From Macrostomum lignano (taxonomy: Eukaryota), in the NCBI GenBank assembly GCA_002269645.1, contig NIVC01003406.1:1-64000 (forward strand): 64,000 nucleotides of DNA. The letters are read 5' to 3'. The translations under genes were made by a program, and so were the position numbers. The notes under the pieces were generated by a model, which ran no database searches, was not told where the DNA came from, and saw only the letters and a list, made by a program, of their open reading frames with translations. Positions 48,792-59,000 of the stretch are shown in pieces. Each line of letters starts with the position of its first letter. Positions within the stretch are counted from its first letter, which is position 1.

Positions 48792-51161
48792 TCAAAACAG
48801 CGAGGCTGGCAGCAGAACTCCCAGAACGCCAAACTGCACAATTAACCTGACTACGTTGCCAGCTTGCGAGCCGGTCAAGCCTTGAATTAAGATGCCAGAT
48901 AGATAGTTCGTGCAGGGGACAAATATTGAGCAGCCTAGGTATGACCAGAAGCCAAACAGGTTGCATGGCAGTGCAATAAAAACCAGCACGGCGTTCACAA
49001 TGAATAATAGTGGGACCCTCTGCAGCATTGCTTTGCCCCTTTCCGTGGCCAAGAATCCTTTCAGAGCATTCTGATGGACCGCGTTGCAAGCAGTCACGTA
49101 GATGACATTCCACACGGACAGCCGTAGCAGCAGAGGCAGTGCGATGCAGCACGCAGTCTTCACTATTAGATCGGGCTCCGGAAGGTGCTCTCGAGACTGC
49201 TGAAGATCCGGCGTGTGCCAGACTGTCAGGTAGAGCAGCACTGCGAACGAATAGACCAGCTGACCCAGGCTGATCTCCGACACCTCGCACAGGTAAGGGG
49301 CGTGGCCTGCGCAGAAGAATAACAAGCTAAACGAAGCGAACTTGTTGCCATCATGCTGATGATTTAAAGAGGCCATTAGTGAGAAACCCAGAATGATGCA
49401 CAGAGCGTAGACGTAAGCCTGCAAGTGAATTGGCGAAAGAATGATGTTTCGACATTGTTTTTTATACTCTAAAAGCTGACCCTTGACACTAAAGCTTCAA
49501 ACTAATGAGACAAAGCATCAGTTCTGCATGCTGGAAAAAAGGAAATTTGAGCCCGGAAAGTGAATGTCAATGCGACGGGGGGGGGGGGGGCAAGTAGGAA
49601 TACCAAGCCATTTTTCCGCCCGTCTAGCTACCAAGAGGGGGAATCCCCCCCCTGACACTTTTGTTGCACCGTATTGGAGCAACGCTAGCACATAAAATTC
49701 AAGAACACGGGCCAAATTTTTGTTGCGCACCTTTTCAAACAAGAATCAAGTCGCCAGCCCTTCGGACCGTCGAGATATTCGACGATTCTGCCAGAAGGTC
49801 GGATTTTTCCCATAAGCGCTAGTGTATTCAGTACACCCCTGTGCGCCAATCAGCACTGCACCTCAGTGCAGCCTGGCCAGGTCTCCAAATTTCAACAGCA
49901 CGTCGATCACATGTGTCTGCATCAGCTGTGACTTCTTTGGTCACTAGCCTTCACCCAGGCGGAGCTTCTGGACCTTCAACAGGTGGCACCAGGTGACTAT
50001 GGACACTCTGATGCGAATTTCTCTAGTTTCGCCGATCAAGCCTCGACAGTGGGCAAGCCTCGACTGTTGGTTTCGGTCTTGTGAAGGACAATGCAGTTGT
50101 TTTCGATGTTGTAAAATTTTGGTCTTATGAAATAAGTCAGTCTGTACCTCTGGACAAAACCAACCGCAATCGAGTCCTACGAGGTACTCCGCGAGACCAG
50201 TCAACCAGAGATGTCCCACTTCCTCCAGCGGGTGCTTAGGCATCCACGAAATCGACTGCCTTTTGATATTTTTAGACGACTTCGAAGACAGTTACCATTC
50301 TAGTTAGATCATAAGGTGGCCCGAAATCCCACATAATCATCTACGTTATCCCCCGGGATCACAGGAACGGGACCAAAATGGGGGGGATGTTTCGAATTTC
50401 TATTCGATTGATCCAACTCGATCATTATCCGACCTTCAGGCTCCAATCCGATGCTTAAGCTATCACCGGCTCGAAATGTTAACTTTATATCACACCTGCA
50501 GCAGAGTATACACGGTGAACTGCAGCACAGGATAAACGACCACAAGCAGCAGAGCAGTCCCTGTAGTCATCAGCTTCTCCGGTGTCCAGTCGGTAGATCG
50601 CAGCTCCGGCAGCTGATTGTACCATCGCACCAGCAGGAAGCCGCAGAAGAAACTGTAGACAGTCGCCAGAAGGCCGATGTGCTGTACAGGCAGCAGAATG
50701 AGGTAAAACGCCGAAGCATAAAAAATGTAGGGCGTAAACTCGAACGCTCCATCCGTGTACCAGAAGATGGCGCCACTGAGTATGATGTGCAGCGCCAGGC
50801 TGTAGCTTGGCGCCATCCACAGCACCACCAGCAAGACAAAGCCGATTACCAGCGGCTCAGCTAGCGAGCTGAACAACCGTCTCAACGGTGCCAGCGTCTC
50901 AACGTCGTGCATGACCTCCGCGGCACCGACAGCATTTTGCCTAGCGACCGAGTACCGGGAAAACGTCAGCCGATCCAGCGGGCACCGAGCTTCGCGTCGA
51001 TTCTGCCGACACAGTCCCTCGAGACAGGCCCGGCAGAAGCGGTGCTGACAGGGCGACGGTCGGGCCAGCTCGGCCGCCGATGCTAGACTTTCTAAGCAGA
51101 TGACGCACTTGGAGCCTGCGTCTGCCGAATCCGCAGTTGAGGACTGTCTGATGACTTCCAT
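48792..51161 (-). CDS. RING-HC finger multi-pass membrane protein (putative membrane E3 ubiquitin ligase), 2 exons, ~430 aa
   Basis: Exon 51161-50496 (C-x2-C-x15-C-x-H-x2-C-x2-C-x13-C-x2-D, then hydrophobic helices) splices CAG|gtgtga...ttgcag|GCT in phase 0 to exon 49418-48792 (more hydrophobic helices). Additional small exons inside the intron are not excluded. Confidence 0.75.
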
Positions 51162-51794
51162 GGTGGCAGATTTCACCCGACCGCTACAGCAACTGGTCTG
51201 TTGTCTGCTGCATATCTACAGTACGAGTGGCTTTGTCACGACTAATAATAGCTGGAGAATTGTACAGCCTCGACAAAAACATATGGACAGTGAGATCAAT
51301 GTACCTTATTTAACTACCCATGCACTCTGGACGGGTGGTTCTTTCTCTTATTCACCCCAGCCGCAGCCAACACTCTTTAGTGCATGCACTGCAGCTGGAA
51401 ACAGATAATAAACTGCACATATGCAGTTCTGTTTAGCGGTGTACCTCAAGCGTTCACTCTAGCGTACGCTCTTCACCAAATTCTTAGCCAAATGTGCATT
51501 GAGCAATTTAGTACCTAGTCTGCGAGTTATGAGCATTCGTTCCTTTAAATTCAATTTTTTCTGTGTTGCTGTTGTTACAAGGCCTGTTCACGTTATCACC
51601 AGTAGCTAAGCGGGCCAAAAACTGCTCAAATCGGGGAACCATCAACCATGCAGCTGTACATTGATTTGTGCGTTTTCGAGTTCGATATAGTTCGATAAAG
51701 TTCGATTCAGTATTTAGTGGGCGAATCGAGACGTTGTAACAATATTCCTCCGAGGTTTAAAGCTCTACCTCTAGATATGTGTACCCCTCGTCGT

Positions 51795-52992
51795 AGTCTA
51801 TAGAGTAGAAAGATGATCTGTAGAACAGCAAGATGATCTGTAGAGCAGCAAGATGATCTGTAGAGCAGCAAGATGGTCTGTAGAGCAGCAAGATGATCTG
51901 TAGAGCCGCAAGATGATCTGTAGAGCAGCAAGATGATCTGTAGAGCAGCAAGATGATCTGTAGAGCAGCAAGATGATCTGTAGAGCAGCAAGATGATCTG
52001 TAGAGCAGCAAGATGATCTGTAGAGCAGCAAGATGATCTGTAGAACAGCAAGATGATCTGTAGAGCAGCAAGATTGTCTATAGAGTAGAAAGATGGTCTG
52101 TTGAGCATCAAGATTGTCTGTAGAGCAATGAGATGGTCTGTAGAGCAGCAAGATTGTCTATAGAGTAGAAAGATGATCTATAGAGCAACAAGATGGTCTG
52201 TAGAGCAGCAAGATTGTCTATAGAGTAGAAAGATGGTCTGTTGAGCATCAAGATTGTCTGTAGAGCAATGAGATGATCTGCAGAGCAGCAAGATGGTCTG
52301 TAGAGCAGCAAGATGGTCTGTAGAGCAGCAAGATGGTCTGCAGAGCAGCAAGATGGTCTGTAGAGCAGCAAGATGGTCTGTAGAGCAGCAAGATGGTCTG
52401 TAGAGCAGCAAGATGGTCTGTAGAGCAGCAAGATGGTCTGTAGAGCAGCAAGATGGTCTGTAGAGCAGCAAGATGATCTGTAGAGCAGCAAGATGATCTG
52501 TAGAGCAGCAAGATGATCTGTAGAACAGCAAGATGATCTGTAGAGCAGCAAGATGATCTGTAGAGTAGAAAGATCGTCTGTAGAGCAGCAAGGTGGTCTG
52601 TAGAGCAGAAAGATCGTCTGTAGAGCAGCAAGGTGGTCTGTAGAGCAGAAAGATGGTCTGTAGAGCAGCAAGGTGGTCTGGTAGAGCAGAAAGATCGTCT
52701 GTAGAGCAACAAGATGGTCTGTAGAGCAGAAAGATCGTCTGTAGAGTAGAAAGATCGTCTGTAGAGCAACAAGATGGTCTGTAGAGCAGCAAGATTGTCT
52801 GTAGAGCAACAAGATGGTCTGTAGAGCAGAAAGATCGTCTGTAGAGCAACAAGATGGTCTGTAGAGCAGAAAGATGGTCTGTAGAGCAACAAGATGGTCT
52901 GTAGAGCAGAAAGATGGTCTGTAGAGCAGCAAGGTGGTCTGTAGAGCAGAAAGATCGTCTGTAGAGCAGCAAGGTGGTCTGTAGAGCAGCAA
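51795..52992. repeat. 20-bp minisatellite TAGAGCAGCAAGATG(A/G)TCTG
   Basis: About 60 copies with variant sub-blocks. Explains six overlapping repetitive ORFs. Confidence 0.97.
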
Positions 52993-53505
52993 GGTGGGAG
53001 GAAGAGAGTTCCCGCATGAATTTTATGGCCAAATTCAAATTAAATCATTTTTCAGCTCAATCCTCGACTCAAAGCAAATATTCGTCACATTTTTTGTAAA
53101 AATTAATTCAAAGTCGCTCAAAAGTCGCTTTTTTTGGATACGAAAATATATTGCCCAGCAACGGCGTTCCAGTTTAGTCGGGTCAGCTGTGTTATCTTAA
53201 ACGAAAATAACTAGTACGGAAAGCATTAACGAGACTAAAATCTGATCTCACTGGTTTGCTGGAATTATCTGCCGTTTTGGTCTGACTAAAAGGAACAGCG
53301 AGCCAGCAGTTTGCAGTGATTTTATTCTGTCTGGCCAAGGCAAGGGTCAAGAGCTGTCAGTGCAGGAGAGCTGCTCTGGAAAGGCAGCGAAAGTTGGAAT
53401 GGAGAGTTACAAAATTAAAAAAATGCGCACAGGAAAGTACTTTGGCTGTTCTTTCAGATGCTTTTCACCAAGCAGTTGGTTCGTTCCGCATGCTCAGCGA
53501 GCTGC

Positions 53506-54531
53506 TCATTGGCTGAGCAGGTTCAGCGTCTGCAGCATGACTTCGGTCTCCGCGGCGAGCCGTTTCGGCAGGCTAGACAGCGGCGGGATGGCGTTGAACA
53601 CCTCGACGGGGTCCATAGCGGCCGCGTCGGTGTCGGCCGCCGCCGAGGACAGCCGCAGCCAGAGCGCGAAGTGCACCTCTGGCTTGAAGCCGAAGCTGGC
53701 CAGTCGGCGCTTCAGCGACTCCCACGCCTCCGGCGGGGCGTCGCGAAACGCGGAGCGCATCAGGCGCAGGGCGCAGTGGGCCAGCGGCCCCACCCAATCA
53801 GGCGGCGGCGGCGACAGCAGCGACTGTTCGGCGCTGTCCACGGCTGACACCGTCGAGTTCGTCGACGACAGCGACAGTGCGGTTGCGAGGCCGTTGTAGC
53901 AGCTGTTGTTGTTGCTGCCCTGCCGCATGAACAGCTGGCGGAACTCGGCCTTGTGGTAGCGGAAGGCGCAGAACGCCGATACGACGCGGCCGTCGTCGAT
54001 CAGCGGAGGCGGCAGCACCACCGGAGCTTCGTCAGCTGGCTCCGGAGACACCTGGGACGGGGCCGACTCGACCTCGGCCGCCATCTCGTCAGCAGATTCG
54101 TGCGAAGACTCTTTGGACTTGGACGTTGTGGACTTCTGCTGCTCCTGATCGCTGGTGGTTGTGTGCATGCCGGTGCCCAGCAGCGGCACTGGCGTCGAAT
54201 CGTCCTCAGTCGGGTGTTGCGTCGCCGGCTCCTGCTGCTCGCCCGGGCTGGAGGCTCGATCCACCTCGTTGGAGATTCCCCGAGGAGTGGCCGACGAGGA
54301 AGGAGAGCCGCCGACCCGCTGCTCCTCCGTCATGTAGTCATCGATGTGGCTCTGCAGGACCTTCACTTCATCGGCGAAGCGGCTGACATCGTCGCGAGCG
54401 TGAGCGAATTCGTCCGCTGCCTCGGCGTCGTACAGCAGGCCAAGCAGTTTGCGCAGAAAGTCTTTGTAGGACTCGACAAAGACTTCGCGCGCCTCGAGGT
54501 AAGCCTGCTTAGATTCTTCGTTAATAGACAT
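53506..54531 (-). CDS. Hypothetical protein, single exon, 341 aa (helical N-terminus, acidic disordered middle, helical C-terminus)
   Basis: Long ORF with the same GC3-rich codon style as the neighbouring genes; ATG in an AAAATG context; no family recognised. Confidence 0.75.
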   Translation of the reverse strand: MSINEESKQAYLEAREVFVESYKDFLRKLLGLLYDAEAADEFAHARDDVSRFADEVKVLQSHIDDYMTEEQRVGGSPSSSATPRGISNEVDRASSPGEQQEPATQHPTEDDSTPVPLLGTGMHTTTSDQEQQKSTTSKSKESSHESADEMAAEVESAPSQVSPEPADEAPVVLPPPLIDDGRVVSAFCAFRYHKAEFRQLFMRQGSNNNSCYNGLATALSLSSTNSTVSAVDSAEQSLLSPPPPDWVGPLAHCALRLMRSAFRDAPPEAWESLKRRLASFGFKPEVHFALWLRLSSAAADTDAAAMDPVEVFNAIPPLSSLPKRLAAETEVMLQTLNLLSQ

Positions 54532-56027
54532 TTTGTTACGGAAGTTGTTAGTTAGCTGGAGCACCACGCGTGAATAGCTACTTCCGCTTGCGGCTTACTT
54601 TCAAACTTGCTGCGAACTGCAAGTGGCCTAAAAAGTTCAAATTCTTGCTCTGGGCAAAATGATTTTCACTGTACTTGCTACGGTAGGAAGCTGGGGGGCA
54701 AGGCAAGCAAAGCATTGAGTGTCTGGAAGCGTTGTTTCTTAGTGAAAATTAGACTTTCGCCATAGACTAAAGTTAAGTGTTGTTCACACCGGGTTATAGT
54801 GCTGCCAATTAGTCTGAAATGCAAAGCGTATGCTTGTATTTAGACAATCTTATAAAGTGCACATGCATTGGATAGATATAATTATCGGTTTGGCAACTTC
54901 GATCTGATTATTACAGTGTGGATACATGTACAGAACGTGCAATCAGCTCAAATTTAATGAAACTTCAAAGGTATTTACGAGCGTATATGCACACCAAGTG
55001 TGCCTGTACTTTTTTGCTCAAGTATTCATGTAGCTCAGCCTGAGCACTTTCTCCGAAACCCTCATGAGAACTTTTTCGTTCTCACTTTATTGTACACCAG
55101 TTGTAGGATTGAATGAATATGTATCAAACTTATTTACTCGTACATGTATATCGATGTGACTTGTTCGCATTCTTGAATTTACTTATTGATCAAAACGATC
55201 GAATTAAGTGGGCATGCGAAAGCATTCAAGGCTTCCATTAAATTCATGTAGCAGGATTTGCCACGTTAGAGCTATCATGCGTAGCAAGACTGATTTTTAA
55301 CTTTAAAACACTAGACAGAGTCGGGGCTAAAACTGCAAATCGATTTCAACTACATGTATAGTTTCACGTTTAAGAGACTGCAGCAGGCTATCATCAGCTA
55401 CGCGCTAATTCCCTTGTAGATAATTATATATATGTGTATTTTTATAATATTATAATACTGTACTATATGATATACATGTACTACGTGCGTGGTGTACTTA
55501 TCGAAACATTGTTACGACGCCCGATATTTTATACTGACATCTGTAGTATTTTAATTTGGGTTTAATTGGAGTACTCGACAAAGCTCAACAGACGATAAAC
55601 TTACTTCATAAAAGAGAGAATTTTTACTTTTCTACTCGTAGTTACTTAATGATTCGTACTTGATATCTTAAAAAATAGTTTTGATAGTGTTTCTTCTTTA
55701 GTGGACCATAACTTTATTAACAGTACTGCTCGTACAGTTTTAGCTTATTTTATAACAGTAAAACAAGATAAAAAAGAACAAAACATAATGTGGGCGATAA
55801 AGATCTTCTTAAAATCTTTCATCCTCTTTCTTTAAATAAAAGTTTCAGTTAATTTGTTTTTAACTGCGTGATATTCGATAATTTACTTCTTTTGATTTCA
55901 TCGCAGTGCAATAAATAAGTTAAAGTGGCCGTCGCTGAGCGCGGACCTGAGACTGCAAGTCTATTCCTTCTATTAAAATAAAGCATTTATTAAAAAAAAG
56001 AAATAAAAAGAAAACACAACTACGAAA

Positions 56028-59000
56028 ATGGGAAACATTCATACTGTTGGACCAAATGAAGCACTAGTAATTTCAGGTAAGCAATATCAAACCTTTCTTT
56101 TTGATTGACTGATTTCATTCCATGTATTTTAGAGCGGTAAAAATTTGATGATTAGGAAGTAACTGAAGCCTAATAATGAGTATTTTTTAAATGAAGAATT
56201 TAGTACATATTGCTAAATATGTTCGGGTCTTAATAATTAAGTTAATTAATCGTGTTTTTGACATTTTCAAGTAATTTGGAGTTTATAGTATCATTTATGC
56301 TGTCTAATTTTTTATAAAGGATTCGTTTATTTATTTATTAGTTTAAAATATGTGTGAATGGTTTAAAGCATAAGCAGATTAGTAGTCTACTATTGGAAAG
56401 CATTTTTGAAGTGTATATGACAATTTTGAAGAGCTATTTAGTATTTTGGTAGCTACAAGTGTAATTCTGCCTTAAAGACGAATAAAACTTATTCAAAAAT
56501 ATTGTATTTAAGAATACACTTTCATTGTTGGTTCATTATTTCATACTTGACTTTCAATATATACTATCTACATGAATTTGCTAGTCAAATACACTTTACA
56601 TGAAATATTTTGCACTTTTTGCCTTTATCAACTATGATATCAAAATTAAAACTTTGTGTAGAAAAACACAAAACTACTAAAATGATGTCACTCATAGTTT
56701 TATCTCATGCATATACGAAATTTAAACTTTGTTCTGAGCAGATCTCCTTTGTTTAAAACCGATTATTATTAAGTCCTTGATATTTCAACAAACTGAGGGA
56801 AATATTCTTTATGATATGGTGGACTGTACTGAGCCTATATACTCCTGCTATTATTATTAATAGTGTTACCAATAGTTGCTAATCTGTTAGAGATAGGAGC
56901 ATTATTTGCGCAGGCGAATCGTCACCGCGTCCTTGGTCAAAATCTCCCTCTCCGTGACAGTTGAGACTCGGTGGTAGCGGGCAGGAGAGAGGCAGTGAGA
57001 GCTCAAGCCAAATGGGGTGCCATCGCACTTCAGCAACGGTTGCTGAGCCTTGAGCAGTGAGTGGGTGAGGAAAACTGGGGCAGAGAAAGACTGCGAGGTC
57101 TGGGATGAATTGCGAGGGAAGCGGGGTGCCTGGTGGGAGCGATCTTCTTTTGCAGCTCAGCGAAATGGGCAGAGTACACTGCTGTGCCTATTTTTAGCCA
57201 GCTCAGGCGACAGCATTCTGGAGTATCGATTTTCCACATTCTTTCTCTTCTCTGCTGCCGCCGTCTTTCGGTGCCATGCGTTAAATGTATTTTGGCATAG
57301 CGGAGTACATCGTCTGCGGGCGGTGACTGCAGCTGCCTGCAGACAATATCTTCAAATAAATCTTTCCGTTCAGTAGCACGAATAAGGCTTCTTTAATGTG
57401 TTGAGTTTAAAAAAAACTTTGGAATCTGGAATCTTGGGATTCTGACGCCTAGTGAAAACCCAGTTGCCAATGCATTTTGCCCATGGTTAAACCCATGATT
57501 TCAATTAGCACCTTCGGAAAGAAGCATTCAGACATTGCCCCCGTCTCTGTTCATCCGCATGGAGCGAAGAGCAGGCCTTAGCCCCCTCTCATTACTTCTC
57601 TGTTTGCTAAGCTTTGCTGTGCCGAAGGGTAGCAATGCTTACTTCCCCCTGCTCTCAAAGCATTTGCGTCCACACAATCAGAGCAAGAGTTTGCTGTGTG
57701 TGTGTGTGTGTGTGTGTGCTCACGTAGGGCTTTAATAGATTAACTGCAGTCGGATTGCCATGACAACCGGTTTGCATACCGGACTAGCTGGGCTGTGAGC
57801 GGGTGAATAATAAAACCCTCTATTGACTTTGTCTATTTATAGCTAGCTTAATTCATCACAGGCTAATTTGTCGTTCCTTAGCAACGCATGTGTCTTTAAG
57901 TACCTAGAATTTGTTTAATCCGCCCCATATCTGCCTCATCACTCAGGTGGCTGCTGCGGCGATCAGTCCGTTCGTACCGTGATCGGCGGTTGGGGCTGGG
58001 CCTGGTGGTGGGTCACCGAAGTTCAAACGTGAGCTGACAGTAGTATCTGAAGCATATTTTATAGTGCTTCTATTGTATTATGGACTCTACTGTTGCAATC
58101 TACTTTTGCGCAGGCTGACGCTGGAAGTGATGACGCTGACTCCAGTGTGCGAGAATGTGGAAACATCCGAGGGCGTGCCGGTCACGGTCACTGGTGAGGC
58201 AGCTGTCAACTGGGCTTGCCTGATGGTCTAAAATTAGGGGTCCATGGCTCTGACTATAGGTTCATGAAGCTTACTCGGAATCCACAACACTGTGTACAGG
58301 TCTTAAAGAGCATCACCACTAACTAGGGTTCTGCAATATTCATTAAGACTCCATGATACTGATTAGGGTTCCACGGTACTAATTAGGGATCCATGATACT
58401 GATTAGGGTTCCACGATACTAATTAGGGATCCATGATACTCCTTAGGGTTCCACGATACTAATTAGGGATCCATGATACTGATTAGGGTTCCACGATACT
58501 AATTAGGGATCCATGATACTGATTAGGGTTCCACGGTACTAATTAGGGATCCATGATACTGATTAGGGTTCCACGATACTAATTAGGGATCCATGATACT
58601 CCTTAGGGTTCCACGATACTAATTAGGGATCCATGATACTGATTAGGGTTCCACGGTACTAATTAGGGATCCATGATACTGATTAGGGTTCCACGATACT
58701 AATTAGGGATCCATGATACTCCTTAGGGTTCCACGATACTAATTAGGGATCCATGATACTCCTTAGGGTTACATGATACTAATTAGGGATCCATGATACT
58801 GATTAGGGTTCCACGGTACTAATTAGGGATCCATGATACTGATTAGGGTTCCACGGTACAAATTAGGGATCCATGATACTGATTAGGGCTCCACGATACT
58901 AATTAGGGATCCATGGTACTGATTAGGGTTCCACGATACTAATTAGGGATCCATGATACTGATTAGGGTTCCACGGTACTAATTAGGGATCCATGATACT

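Noticed and set aside
49944-50243. 99-aa ORF inside the RING-gene intron
   Set aside because: No motif, and the flanking exons already join in phase without it; cannot be shown to be an exon.
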